From an uncultured Anaerolineales bacterium (GTDB taxonomy: Bacteria; Chloroflexota; Anaerolineae; UBA7937; JACPPX01): a DNA stretch of 64,000 nt. The notes under the pieces were generated by a model that did no database searches, was not told the DNA's origin, and saw only the letters and a list, made by a program, of their open reading frames with translations. The position numbers and the translations under genes were made by a program. The stretch is from NCBI GenBank assembly GCA_964348195.1, contig CAYGBX010000003.1, positions 4,789-68,788 on the forward strand. The letters are read 5' to 3'. Below are positions 46,132 through 56,194 of this stretch, in pieces (position 1 is the first letter of the stretch; the number at the start of each line of letters is the position of its first letter).

Positions 46132-46274
46132 CCAACCCTACCCATTCTACGCCGTCTTGCCGTCCTCGAGGATCTAACCGTCCTAGCCCGTCTTGCTGTT
46201 CCAGGCGGGCTAGCCATAGCAGACAGTCTGCCGTTCCCAGACGGTCGAGCCACCCTGGTCTAGCTAGCCATCCT

Positions 46275-46301
46275 AGGCGGTCTGGCATGGCCAGACCGCC
46301 T
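46275..46301. other. 12-bp-stem palindromic hairpin inside the hrcA-grpE spacer
   Basis: aggcggtctggc / atg / gccagaccgcct. Confidence 0.35.
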
Positions 46302-46371
46302 GGCCACATGAGACGGCCAGGCCACCCAAGACTGTATCGCCCTCCAGAAGACTCTAAACATGCTACATGTC

Positions 46372-47391
46372 CTAACCGTACCAGACCGAGAAGAGATCGC
46401 TCATCACGTCCGACACGTAGCGCACTGCCGAGACGGACCGTTCATAGGGCATGCGCAGCGGGCCCAAGACTCCTACGAGGCCCGTGGCCCGTTCCACAGA
46501 GCCGTATCGGCTGACCACGATGCCAAAGCGACGGACAGCCTGCCAGCGCCCCTCTCCCGCAATCAAGATTTGGACTCCAGCCGGACCAAGGGGTGCCTGA
46601 GCCAAAATGGTCGTCAGGGCCCCAGGACCCTCCAGCAATGTCAGAACTTCCTGGATCCGTTCTGCCTCGGCGAATTCCGGTGCCTCCAAAATGTGCTCCA
46701 ACCCATCATGGAACAGCTCGCCCTCGGCGATCCGCTGGGGTCCCACCATCAACTGGGCAACGTGCAATCCGACATGGGCCTGACGAGGATCCAAGGACTC
46801 CAAGAGCGCTTCGATCTGGATGTCTGTCATCCCCTCGAAGCGGGCGTTCAGGTCGGCGGCTAGCCGATCCAGCCCCCTCTGAGAGGATGGAGGCAGCTCC
46901 GTCAGGATCTCCTGGCGGATGGCGCCGTCCCTCGAGACCGACACCAGCAACACGCCCCCCTCCTGCAGCCTCACAAGCTCCAGGTGCTTGAAACGCGTCC
47001 TCTCCGATGTAGGAGCCGTCACGACCGCCGCGGAGCGCACATTCTCCGCCAGAATGGCCGCGGCCAAGCGCAGCCACTGCGTCAGGTCGAGGGCGGACTG
47101 GTGAAACTGGTGGCGGATGGTCCGCTGTTCCGCAGGCGTCAGATCACGCTCCTCCATCAGATTGCGCACGAAATAGCGGTAGCCCTTCTCAGTGGGAATC
47201 CGTCCCGCGGAGGTATGAGGCTGGCTCAGGTATCCTGCCCGCTCCAGGCGCGCCAGCTCCTTGCGCACCGTGGCAGATGACACCTCCAATCCCGCCCGTC
47301 CGGCCAGAGCCAACGACCCAACTGGAGCCGCGGTCACAATGTGGTCACGAACCACATACGCCAGAATCCGCTCACGACGATCGGTAAGCAC
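46372..47391 (-). CDS. hrcA: Heat-inducible transcription repressor HrcA
   Basis: LTDRRERILAYVVRDHI...PVGS N-terminal winged helix, SSATVRKELARLE, GYLSQPHTSAGRIPT. Confidence 0.9.
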   Translation of the reverse strand: MLTDRRERILAYVVRDHIVTAAPVGSLALAGRAGLEVSSATVRKELARLERAGYLSQPHTSAGRIPTEKGYRYFVRNLMEERDLTPAEQRTIRHQFHQSALDLTQWLRLAAAILAENVRSAAVVTAPTSERTRFKHLELVRLQEGGVLLVSVSRDGAIRQEILTELPPSSQRGLDRLAADLNARFEGMTDIQIEALLESLDPRQAHVGLHVAQLMVGPQRIAEGELFHDGLEHILEAPEFAEAERIQEVLTLLEGPGALTTILAQAPLGPAGVQILIAGEGRWQAVRRFGIVVSRYGSVERATGLVGVLGPLRMPYERSVSAVRYVSDVMSDLFSVWYG

Positions 47392-47406
47392 CCCTATACC
47401 CTCAAA

Positions 47407-47433
47407 CTAGCACTCTAAGACAGAGAGTGCTAA
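47407..47433. promoter_or_regulatory. CIRCE operator (HrcA binding site)
   Basis: CTAGCACTC-N9-GAGTGCTAA against the consensus TTAGCACTC-N9-GAGTGCTAA. It lies 16 nt upstream of the hrcA start. Confidence 0.9.
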
Positions 47434-47438
47434 CGGCA

Positions 47439-47467
47439 AGGATACCACGGCCCCAGGAGGCTGTCAA
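47439..47467 (-). promoter_or_regulatory. Sigma-70-type promoter of the hrcA-grpE-dnaK operon
   Basis: Minus strand: TTGACA (47467-47462), 17-nt spacer, TATCCT (47444-47439). CIRCE begins 6 nt downstream. Confidence 0.6.
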
Positions 47468-47539
47468 GAACGGCTCGAATGGGGAAAAGTCCCCACTCCG
47501 AATTGAGTATGAAGGGAAACGGAGCGCCGCTTCGGACGT

Positions 47540-48943
47540 CTAGCGGGCGTTGTTGTCCCGGAAGACCTGGACGACGGTCTTTACCAGGATCTTGAGGTCT
47601 AGAAGCAGCGACCAATGCTCCACGTACCAGAGATCGTACTTGGTCCGGTCCACGATGGAGGTGTCGCCGCGCAGCCCGTTGACCTGGGCCCACCCCGTCA
47701 TCCCTGCCTTCTCGCGGTGACGGGCCATGTACCGCGGGATGGCCTGCACGAACTCCTCCACGAAGACCGGTCGCTCGGGGCGCGGGCCGACCAGGCTCAT
47801 CTCCCCCAGGAGCACATTGATAAGCTGCGGCAGCTCGTCCAGGCTCAAGCGCCTCAGGATTCCTCCGATCCGGGTCCGCCGAGGGTCATCTGCTTTGGAC
47901 CACACCGGCCCAGTCTCCGCCTCGGCATCGGCGCGCATGGATCGAAGCTTGATCAAGTGGAAGGGAATTGCGTCCAGTCCCATCCGCTCCTGCGTGTAGA
48001 AGACCGGACCTTTGGAGTCGAGCTTGATCAAGATGGCCAGGAGCAAGAGGACTGGGGATAGAACGACGAGTCCCACAGCGCTGAGCACCACGTCCATAGC
48101 ACGTTTCAGCGCCAACCGCCAACCCCGTAGAGCCACATCCCGAACGGTCAGCAGCGGCATCCCCCCCAGATCGTCCACGCTGGCCTCGGACGTAATGATC
48201 TGAAAGACATCGGGGTACACCTTCACCGTCACGTTCTCACGCTGACACTGGTCGATGATGTCGAGAACCTCGTCGCGTGAGGCCTGCGGCAGCGCGACGA
48301 TCACCTCATCCGGCATGTGCTCTGCCACGAGTTCGGATAGATCCGACATTGTCCCCAGCACCTCGCCCGGGACTTCATCCTCCTCCGCGGTCGCCCCATT
48401 GGATACGAACCCCAGGATCCGGTATCCCAGTCCCGGGGTCTGCACAATTCGCCGGTAGATGGCCCGTCCGACCTCATTCCTGCCCACGATTAGCACCCGA
48501 TCCCCCGCCACTCCGCGGCTGCGGAGGATCCAGCGAAGCCGGTTGTGGAGGTACCTCCCCAGGGTCACGAGCAGTATCGTGAGGCCCCAGGCGTAGGCCA
48601 CCATGAGCCGCGGGTAGTCAGGGTTGTTCTTGAACAGGAAGAAGCTCGCGGCTACTGAGATCAAAATCCCAACCGAGGTGCCGGCCAGAATCCCGTAGAA
48701 CTCATCGACGAACGATCCCGCGCGGGCTCGATGGTAGAGCCGGTAGAAGAAGAACACCCCAACCACTGCTACTACCTGGATGATCGCGACCGGGACATAG
48801 GCATCGAGCGAGGGGATGGCCACCAGCGGCGGGCTCTCCGTCCGGATCCGAAGATGATAAGCCAGGACGAACGCGACGGTCACCAACTGGATATCGAGGA
48901 AAAGCAGCGTTGCCGTCAGGACAGGCGCAGATCGCTGCCTCAT
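47540..48943 (-). CDS. Polyprenyl-phosphate hexose-1-phosphate transferase (WbaP/bacterial sugar transferase family)
   Basis: N-terminal TM bundle plus the C-terminal block KRAMDVVLS...[11 protein letters not shown]...KLRSM...[24 protein letters not shown]. Confidence 0.85.
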   Translation of the reverse strand: MRQRSAPVLTATLLFLDIQLVTVAFVLAYHLRIRTESPPLVAIPSLDAYVPVAIIQVVAVVGVFFFYRLYHRARAGSFVDEFYGILAGTSVGILISVAASFFLFKNNPDYPRLMVAYAWGLTILLVTLGRYLHNRLRWILRSRGVAGDRVLIVGRNEVGRAIYRRIVQTPGLGYRILGFVSNGATAEEDEVPGEVLGTMSDLSELVAEHMPDEVIVALPQASRDEVLDIIDQCQRENVTVKVYPDVFQIITSEASVDDLGGMPLLTVRDVALRGWRLALKRAMDVVLSAVGLVVLSPVLLLLAILIKLDSKGPVFYTQERMGLDAIPFHLIKLRSMRADAEAETGPVWSKADDPRRTRIGGILRRLSLDELPQLINVLLGEMSLVGPRPERPVFVEEFVQAIPRYMARHREKAGMTGWAQVNGLRGDTSIVDRTKYDLWYVEHWSLLLDLKILVKTVVQVFRDNNAR

Positions 48944-49857
48944 CTCGCCGCCTCCGACGCTCCCTGTGGCGGCGTTCCGAACAAGACCTCCCTCCCCACC
49001 GTCACTCCCCCACGCAGGACGATACCGGCCAGGATCAACCAGTGCAACCAGCGCGGCGTCGTCTCCGCATAGTGCTTCTTGTAGAACAGGTGCTGGGCCT
49101 GATAGAAGGCCGTTCGTGCCACCTTCGGATTCTGGGTGCTGGCGCTGCGTTTGTAGTGCAGCACCTCCACCTGGGGGTTGTAGTAGACCTTCCAGCCGGC
49201 CGCCTTCGCTCGGTAGGCGAGGTCCAGGTCCTCTCCGTACATGAAGAAGGCCTCGTCTAGGTACCCCACCTGCTCTAGGGCCTCGGCTCGAATCAGCATG
49301 AAGGCCCCCACCACAGAATCGACCTCCGTTATCTCATCCGGGTCGAGATAGGTCAGGTTGTACCGACCGAAGCGCCGGCTCCGCGGGAAGAGCCGGCTCA
49401 AGCCCACCATTCGGTAGAAAGCCACCTCGGGACTGGGAAAGGAGCGTCGACAGGCCAGGTCCAGACGGCCGTCGGCCATCACGAGCTTGGGTCCTGCGAT
49501 GGCAACCTCGGGCCGCTCCTCCATGAAGCGCAGCATGTTGGCCAGCGCCGCTCGGGGCAGGACTGTGTCAGGGTTCAAAAGGAGATAGTAGTCGGCCTCG
49601 GCCCGGCGCAGCCCCTGGTTGTTGGCCTGAGCATATCCCAGGTTCTCGAGGTTCCGCGCAAGGTCGACCTGAGGATAACGTTCCTCGACCGCCACCGCAC
49701 TTCCATCCGTCGAGGCGTTGTCCACCACAATGACCTGAGAAGAGAACCCGTCCTCGCTGGCGAAGATCGAGTCCAAGCAGGCGAGGAGGAGATCCTTCGT
49801 GTTGTAGTTGACGATAACGATGGCCAAGTCCGGCATCGTTCTCTTGCTGCCGCTCAC
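48940..49857 (-). CDS. Glycosyltransferase family 2
   Basis: AIVIVNYNTKDLL...VIVVDNASTDGS...YGEDLDL (DxD-like). Its stop overlaps the downstream start. Confidence 0.85.
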   Translation of the reverse strand: MSGSKRTMPDLAIVIVNYNTKDLLLACLDSIFASEDGFSSQVIVVDNASTDGSAVAVEERYPQVDLARNLENLGYAQANNQGLRRAEADYYLLLNPDTVLPRAALANMLRFMEERPEVAIAGPKLVMADGRLDLACRRSFPSPEVAFYRMVGLSRLFPRSRRFGRYNLTYLDPDEITEVDSVVGAFMLIRAEALEQVGYLDEAFFMYGEDLDLAYRAKAAGWKVYYNPQVEVLHYKRSASTQNPKVARTAFYQAQHLFYKKHYAETTPRWLHWLILAGIVLRGGVTVGREVLFGTPPQGASEAAR

Positions 49858-49926
49858 CTGATCCTATCAGGATGAGGTGCTTGTCACAACGGTCCGGCCG
49901 ACCCCTCACCTTCCAGGGTCATACCC

Positions 49927-52662
49927 TCATCCAATAGAAACCGTCGCCAAGGGGAGGAAGCCGCCCTCCCCCAAATCGGGGTCTACAGCCAGCCTCTCCA
50001 GGCTTCTTGGGTCGTAGATCCCCACACCCAGAGTGTAGTCGCCCGGCGGGATCTCACGCGAGATCGAGATCTCGTGTACCTCCGACACACGCTCCCCCGT
50101 CCTCCAGCGGGTAGTGGGATAGAGAGCCCCCACAAACAGGTTGTCGTGCTGGGCATAGATCCTTCGCGAGGCATCGGTTAGGTGTACAAACGAGCTGTAG
50201 GTGCGGTCCAGGGTTTGGTGCACGTGCCAATAGAGGGTCAGCCGCAGTCTGTCGCCCGGCCCAGCATCGCCGGTGTCCAACACGTACCCCGACAGGGTGA
50301 TCAGATCCCCGAAGTCGACGTCTCTCAGGGGCTGGCCCTCACCCGGAAGTGGCTGCGCCACCTCGCCCACGGAGACGCTCTGCAGGATGGCAGAGGGCTG
50401 CCAGACCCTGAATCCACTATCGGACACCACCGGCAAGTTCTGCCCTGTCCCTCCGTCGTAGAGCCCTGCCTCGACAAGGTAGTCCCCAGCCGGAAGCGTC
50501 TCCGCGATGGGGATTAGGAACGCGTCGCGGTTATATTCGTCGAGATCCCAGCGAGAGCTAGGATAGTTGAGACCAGGATGGACGTGATCCTCCTGTGCAT
50601 GGATGTTCCAGCGGCGGTCGATAAGATGCACGAAGGAGCGGTAGTCGGTGTCAAGCGTCTCCCGCGCGCGCCAGTACAAGGTCACGCCCAGAGTGTCCCC
50701 AGTGTGCAGTGATTCCCCCGCAAGATCGTAGCCCAGCAGAGACACCTCATGGCCAAAGTCAATCTGGACCGAGACCTGCGCCGATTCCACCTGTTCCCCG
50801 TCGAACCCGTACTTCAAGGGCGTGTCTTGGTTGTCTAGGTAGGAGACCTTGAACATGAGGACCAGTATTCCAAGCAGAGCCAGACCCCCCCATGGCGGTG
50901 TCGCCCCCTCATGAGAGGACGCTGGCCGCGTGATACCCTTGCCCGAGGAACGCAACACCACAGCGGCCAAGGCCAAGAGCAGAACCACGCCTCCTCCCGA
51001 AATCAGATCGGCGGCGAGGCGAATTGGCGTCTCCTCGAACCGAAGAAGGATTTCGCGCTGTCCGGCGGGGACGCTGACCTCAATCAATCCCGTCCCCGAG
51101 GACGGCACCGCCGCGACGCGGTTCCCGTCGACGTACGCTCTCCATCCCGGGAAGTACAGGGTGTTGAAAGTAACGGAGGTCGGTTGAGGGACATATAGGA
51201 CCATCTGTGTCTCAGTTGGCCGCGCCTCCACTTCCACCACTGAGCTCCCATCAGGAAGGGAACTGTGATCTATCCGCGCCACGGCTCCCGAACCGTCCGG
51301 CATCGTCTCCACCCAGATGGGCAGGATCTCGCCGTAGGAGGTAGCTCCCAGCGTGCCGTAGCGCCTCTCTAGGGACCAAAGCTCATCCAGGGCCGGATCA
51401 GCTGGGATTCCCTCTTGGTAGCGCGGATAGAGGAGCGGCACGCTCGAGATCATGAGAAGAAGGAGGACCGAAACGAGCACCGCCAGCGCTCGACGCTCGC
51501 CCTCCCACCTTTCGATCATGATATGAACCGCTGTTCCAGCCAGACTTGCCACCAAGAAGGTTAAAGGAGCCATCAGGCGATAGGTCCATTGCAGAATCGT
51601 GAGTACAGACGCGTTCTCCCACAGCGGTCCGGAAAGGGGGAGCAGAAGCACGGCCAAGATCCCAGCTCCCCACAGAGTCAGCCCGAAGTGCCACCGGGAA
51701 CGATGGTCCCGAAGCTGGCGCAGACCAACCACAGCCACAATCACCAAGAGTGTTTGCACCGACCCGATTCCTACCACGCCGGTGTTCATCAGCCCAAGGT
51801 CGCGAGGCGGCGGGCCAGTTAGGAGGCGGGAAATCGGCAGCAGTGCCACTGCCAGAGGAATTCTCTGGGTTTGAATCCAACGGCTGTCCGCCACAGCCGG
51901 TATCCAGAAGAAGGCGCTCAGAGCAAGACCCATTAGCAGGGCGGCCCCATTCAGGTTGAAGCCACGCCTTGACCACATCCCGCTCCCGAGAAGACCAACC
52001 CAGAAGAACAGGATCAATGGCGACAGGAGAGCCGCCGTGGCGTGATGGGTCAAGATGAGGGCTCCATAGGCCAACCCGGTGGCTATGAGGTAGCCAAGGT
52101 TCAACCTTGAGGCCAGTCGATAGGAAGCCCAGAGCACCAGCGGGAACAGGGCGAGACCCAGGGTCTCCCCCAGGTTTCCCCGCTGGAACGACTGGAAAAG
52201 CATGTACGGGGCGTACATGTAGGCGACCGCCGAGAGCACGGCCGCCCTCTCGTTCAGAAGATCACGCATAAAACAATACATCGTGACTCCCGCGAGCAGG
52301 ATCGCAGCCGCCATCGCCAGGTTATAGCTAAGGACCAGGCTGGCCCCTATCCGGTGCAAGGCAGCCGGCACGAAATACGAGAACGGGGGAAAGAAATCGA
52401 AAAGCGGAAGCCCGTACCCACCCAGGAGATCCGGGGCCCATCGCGAGAAGATATGCCCCAGTCCCAGGAGATGAGAAAATTCTGCATAGCGGTACAGATG
52501 GAGAAGCCAATCCGCGCTCCGCAAAGGTTCCCAGGTAAGTAGGGGATGGACCGCGGGCAGGCCCAGGATCGTAATGGAGCCGAGCCACGGAACCGGGAGG
52601 TGCAAAGAGAAGCCTCCGGCCACAACACCAGGCCGTGCTCCAGGAGACAACCGAGATCTCAA
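49927..52662 (-). CDS. Large polytopic membrane protein (COG5617 'PTPS-related'/GT-C-like N-terminus) with two C-terminal ~100-aa repeat modules
   Basis: The start is uncertain. TTG at 52662 overlaps the TGA of the upstream GT2 gene. The first 228 codons of the track ORF run out of frame over that gene. N-terminus HLYRYAEF...RWAPDLLGGYGLPLFDFFPPFSY. The repeat modules contain LTLYW...YSSFVHL...PPGDY. Confidence 0.6.
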   Translation of the reverse strand: MRSRLSPGARPGVVAGGFSLHLPVPWLGSITILGLPAVHPLLTWEPLRSADWLLHLYRYAEFSHLLGLGHIFSRWAPDLLGGYGLPLFDFFPPFSYFVPAALHRIGASLVLSYNLAMAAAILLAGVTMYCFMRDLLNERAAVLSAVAYMYAPYMLFQSFQRGNLGETLGLALFPLVLWASYRLASRLNLGYLIATGLAYGALILTHHATAALLSPLILFFWVGLLGSGMWSRRGFNLNGAALLMGLALSAFFWIPAVADSRWIQTQRIPLAVALLPISRLLTGPPPRDLGLMNTGVVGIGSVQTLLVIVAVVGLRQLRDHRSRWHFGLTLWGAGILAVLLLPLSGPLWENASVLTILQWTYRLMAPLTFLVASLAGTAVHIMIERWEGERRALAVLVSVLLLLMISSVPLLYPRYQEGIPADPALDELWSLERRYGTLGATSYGEILPIWVETMPDGSGAVARIDHSSLPDGSSVVEVEARPTETQMVLYVPQPTSVTFNTLYFPGWRAYVDGNRVAAVPSSGTGLIEVSVPAGQREILLRFEETPIRLAADLISGGGVVLLLALAAVVLRSSGKGITRPASSHEGATPPWGGLALLGILVLMFKVSYLDNQDTPLKYGFDGEQVESAQVSVQIDFGHEVSLLGYDLAGESLHTGDTLGVTLYWRARETLDTDYRSFVHLIDRRWNIHAQEDHVHPGLNYPSSRWDLDEYNRDAFLIPIAETLPAGDYLVEAGLYDGGTGQNLPVVSDSGFRVWQPSAILQSVSVGEVAQPLPGEGQPLRDVDFGDLITLSGYVLDTGDAGPGDRLRLTLYWHVHQTLDRTYSSFVHLTDASRRIYAQHDNLFVGALYPTTRWRTGERVSEVHEISISREIPPGDYTLGVGIYDPRSLERLAVDPDLGEGGFLPLATVSIG

Positions 52663-53630
52663 GGGCCGTGGGATCCTACTGGGCGATGCCGCCAGCGCCA
52701 CCAAACCCCGACGGGGTAGCCGAGCATCTTGGCAACGTCTCCCGCAAGGCGGATCACAGGTACCCAGAAGATAGCCACCACGCGCTGGATGGGCCCGAGT
52801 TCGGACATTCTCGGAACCAGCCTGCGGAAGGGCGCCCAAAGGTGAGCCAACGCGAGCATAAAGAGAAGGGCCCAGAACCAGGGTGTGATCGCACCCCCCA
52901 AGACCAGCAGCGCCGGGCCCAGGACCAGATACGAGGCATACCTCGCGGCGTGACGGGACCGCCACAGATCCGCCTTTCCATCGCCTCGGGCGTAGAGATA
53001 GTACTGCCTGACGAAGGCCGAGATGCTGGGACGTGGGGCAAACCGAACCACGGCATCTGGGACGAACTTGAATCGGAAGCCTGCCCCTTGAAGCCGTAGG
53101 TCGAACACCAGATCCTCCGAATAGTCGAGCCACTCCGGGTACCCTCCGACTTCGGACCAGCTGCGCCTGCGGAAGGCGACCGACCGGCTCGAGGGAAGGA
53201 ACCGCTCCGGATCGACATCGGACAGGTCCGGATACGTCGTCGCTGCGAGTGCCGTCTGGAACGCGGAGCCCGAGTCGGCGACGAAGAAGCCGCTGGCCAC
53301 ATCCACCTCTTCGTCCCGGAGCGCTCCGACGAGGTGTTCGAGCCATCTCGGATCCGCCCGCACCCCGCCGTCAGTGGAGGCGATCACGTCCCCCATGGCT
53401 TGGCCTATGGCCTCGTTTCGCCCCTGCGAGATGTTGGCGCCCTCACGGCTGATCAGCTTCAGGGGGAGTCGCTCCTGGCCCTCGCGCAGAATATCGAGCG
53501 TACGGTCTGTGGACCCACCGTCCACGACAACGATCTCGTCGGCCGGCCGTTCCTGCGTCGCCAGAGAGTCTAGGAGGTCTCCAATGCTCCCTTCCTCGTT
53601 CTTCACCGTGGCGACGACAGAGACCCGCAT
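52659..53630 (-). CDS. Membrane-anchored family-2 glycosyltransferase (polyprenyl-phosphate sugar synthase-like)
   Basis: Start MRVSVVATVKNEEGSI. VVVDGGSTDRT, a DxD-like STDGG/YSEDLVFDLR region, and hydrophobic C-terminal segments. Confidence 0.8.
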   Translation of the reverse strand: MRVSVVATVKNEEGSIGDLLDSLATQERPADEIVVVDGGSTDRTLDILREGQERLPLKLISREGANISQGRNEAIGQAMGDVIASTDGGVRADPRWLEHLVGALRDEEVDVASGFFVADSGSAFQTALAATTYPDLSDVDPERFLPSSRSVAFRRRSWSEVGGYPEWLDYSEDLVFDLRLQGAGFRFKFVPDAVVRFAPRPSISAFVRQYYLYARGDGKADLWRSRHAARYASYLVLGPALLVLGGAITPWFWALLFMLALAHLWAPFRRLVPRMSELGPIQRVVAIFWVPVIRLAGDVAKMLGYPVGVWWRWRHRPVGSHGP

Positions 53631-53759
53631 CTGCACCTCAGCCGCGATTATAGGAACGGGCCAGAGCCCCCTCAATCCGCCTACTGCGAGATCTCCGTTT
53701 TCGGGTCCCGACGCTACATAAGACGACTCTGCAACACCGGGTGCCGGATCGGAGCGCAA

Positions 53760-56189
53760 CTAGCCTGGTATGGTCACGAGTCCCAGATCCAGTGTGCCCG
53801 GGCCCAACGCTCCACCCTCCCCATCCCCAACTCGCATCAGGATTCGATAACGGCCGGGGACTAGTTCTGAAGGCAGGATCAGGTGATGTGGATCCCGTAT
53901 GATCTCTCCCTCCCGCCAGAGGTCGTAGGGATGGAGTCCCTCTGAAGGCGGTATGCCCTGTGCTACGGCCGCCTCGCCCTCTGGTCCGGAGATCAGCAGA
54001 TCCAGCGACGGAGACGTGCTGGGAGGAGCCATCACCTGCCAGAAGAGGATCAGCTCAAGGACCTCGCCCGGCATCAGGACGACATCGGGTCCTGCTCCCC
54101 CTCCCAGTCGAGTCAGGTTGTACCCCAGGAGCCTCAGCGGACCGAAAGCAACCTCCCGGCGAGCCATGATCCCAAGCGCTTCGGGGGACGGAGGTGCGTC
54201 AGGTCGGGTGACTTCCAAGCTACCCAGCACCAGATGGTCTCCCACCCCGGTCCCATCCTGGCTTACGGTGAGCCGAGAGCCGTCGCGCCCATAGAGGGCC
54301 AGAATCACTTCGTAAACCCCCGGGGGCGTGCCTGGAAAGATTCCTAGGCCGATCTGATCCTGCACTTCCTCTCCTACCAACCACTCCGAGGTAGGACGGC
54401 TCCCGCCTGCGGGTTCAGAATCCCGCTGTCCCACGATGTGGCCCAGCCGATCCAGAGCCTGCAGAGACACGATGAATCGCTCAGCCGCTGGAGCCGAGGC
54501 TTCCCAAAGGAGGGAGAAGGCATGGATCCCGCCTGACTGCACCAGCTCGGCTGCCGTCGAGAATCCTGCCAGTTCAATGCCCTCCCCGAACCGGACTCCG
54601 TCAAGTTTCACGAAGCCATCCCCAAGAGACTGGGGACCGCCGTAGGAGGCCAGTCGCACGTCTCCGTACCAGGCATCGAGGGCTTGGTAGGCCTGGGTGT
54701 CCAACCACCGCTCCACCACGCCCTCGGGATCGCTGTCCTCAGTGGCCCAGAGCACGGCGTGGATCTGCCGCCGATCGGCGAGCATCTGATGCAGGGCTCC
54801 TACCGTTTGAGATGGGTCGGGTGGGCGCTCCACCGGGAAGGGGATGACCTCGGCCTCTCCGCCGTAGTAGTAGGAAAAGATCTCCACCTGGGTGGGCGCG
54901 TTCAGGAGGATGGCATCCCCCGACCCTGCGGCCGCCTCCAGATAGTGCGCCAAGCCGCGATAGTCATCCCTGGCGTAAGCGGGATCGAAGTAGTAGTTCC
55001 AGAGGGGCCCGACACTGGCGGCGGCCAGGAACAGCAAGATGGTCACCGGCAGCACACGATGTGCCACACTGCCCAAGCCCTCCGATGTATCCCGCAACCC
55101 CGCCAAGAGGGCTGTCCATGCGCCCTCGATTCCTCTTCCCAAGAGAAGGTGAAAGGCAGGCGTGGCCACCAGCAGCAGCTTGACGCTGAAGAAAGGGCGG
55201 CTCAAGGAGAGAAGGTACATGGCAATGGGCGGCGTGAGGAGATAGATCAGAGCGCTCCCCACTGAGAGTCCATAAGAGCCAGACGCCCTCTCCTGCGCCG
55301 CCGTCGAATCTCCCCCTGGCTGTGGAAGCAGCCCAACGACCGCGACTCCCAAGAACACGAGCAGCATCCAGGCTCCGCTACCATCCCAAGAGGTTCCGAG
55401 GCTGAAGCTCCGCAACATTTGCTCCCCCAGAAAGACAAGGGAGAAAGGCGGGCTGGTGGAGGGCCACCGGACGAGGGCCCCACCGGCAAAGAGGAGCCAG
55501 GGTACGTAGAGAACAGCAACCGCAGCCTGGACTCCTATCCACGGCAGTGGGACCTCTCGCAACCTCAAGGAGGGCCACAGGAGGAGCCACCAGCCAACCA
55601 CCAAGTTCGCGACAACCACGACTGTGAATCCGAAATAATGAGTGTAGAGGGCCGCCGACGCGAAGAGGAGGTATCCTGACAGCCACAGAATCGGGCGGCG
55701 GAGGCGTGCCGACGTCTGATCGGGCGGATCCGCCGAGCCTGCCAGAAAGCGGATGGTGGATAGTACAGCCAAGGCACCCCAAAGGGTGGCCAGGATGTAC
55801 ATCCGCACTTCTTGAGAGTAGTGGACCCCCAGGGGCGAGAAGGCGGCTACGGCACCGGCGAAGGTCGCAGCCCGCCGCCCCATCAGGTCCTTGCCCAGAA
55901 GGTAGGTCACCCACACTACCGCCACACCGGTCAGGGCGGAGAAGCCCCGCAGGGCGACCTCATCCCGACCGAACCCTGCTGTCCAGAGGCGAAGCATCTC
56001 ATAGTAGAGGGGGGGATGGATATCGTCGGCCGCGTTACGGGCGATGGTGATTGGGTCCCGCGCGGCAAGAGCCGCACTCGTTCCCTCGTCGTACCACAAG
56101 CTCTGGCCGTCCAGGCGATAGAGGCGCAGCGCGGCCGCCACCAGAAGGATGCCCAGCAGCATCCAGCGAGAGCGGAGTTCGTCAGCCAC
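53760..56189 (-). CDS. GT-C glycosyltransferase, family 39/ArnT-PMT-like, with C-terminal repeat modules
   Basis: LRLYRLDGQSLWYDEGTSA...DIHPPLYY first-loop signature. About 11 or more TM segments, then about 330 aa of extracytoplasmic domain. Confidence 0.8.
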   Translation of the reverse strand: MADELRSRWMLLGILLVAAALRLYRLDGQSLWYDEGTSAALAARDPITIARNAADDIHPPLYYEMLRLWTAGFGRDEVALRGFSALTGVAVVWVTYLLGKDLMGRRAATFAGAVAAFSPLGVHYSQEVRMYILATLWGALAVLSTIRFLAGSADPPDQTSARLRRPILWLSGYLLFASAALYTHYFGFTVVVVANLVVGWWLLLWPSLRLREVPLPWIGVQAAVAVLYVPWLLFAGGALVRWPSTSPPFSLVFLGEQMLRSFSLGTSWDGSGAWMLLVFLGVAVVGLLPQPGGDSTAAQERASGSYGLSVGSALIYLLTPPIAMYLLSLSRPFFSVKLLLVATPAFHLLLGRGIEGAWTALLAGLRDTSEGLGSVAHRVLPVTILLFLAAASVGPLWNYYFDPAYARDDYRGLAHYLEAAAGSGDAILLNAPTQVEIFSYYYGGEAEVIPFPVERPPDPSQTVGALHQMLADRRQIHAVLWATEDSDPEGVVERWLDTQAYQALDAWYGDVRLASYGGPQSLGDGFVKLDGVRFGEGIELAGFSTAAELVQSGGIHAFSLLWEASAPAAERFIVSLQALDRLGHIVGQRDSEPAGGSRPTSEWLVGEEVQDQIGLGIFPGTPPGVYEVILALYGRDGSRLTVSQDGTGVGDHLVLGSLEVTRPDAPPSPEALGIMARREVAFGPLRLLGYNLTRLGGGAGPDVVLMPGEVLELILFWQVMAPPSTSPSLDLLISGPEGEAAVAQGIPPSEGLHPYDLWREGEIIRDPHHLILPSELVPGRYRILMRVGDGEGGALGPGTLDLGLVTIPG

Positions 56190-56194
56190 GGACT

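Noticed and set aside
46100-46309. 69-aa minus-strand ORF in the hrcA-grpE spacer
   Set aside because: It has a repetitive Leu/Gly/Arg/Trp composition produced by the DNA repeats, overlaps the grpE 5' end and has no RBS. It was treated as non-coding.
52663-53346. First 228 codons of the 1139-aa track ORF (49927..53346)
   Set aside because: This part overlaps the well-supported GT2 gene (52659-53630) in another frame and is Arg/Pro/Gly-rich. Membrane-protein-like sequence begins only near 52620, so I moved the start to TTG 52662 (or GTG 52623).
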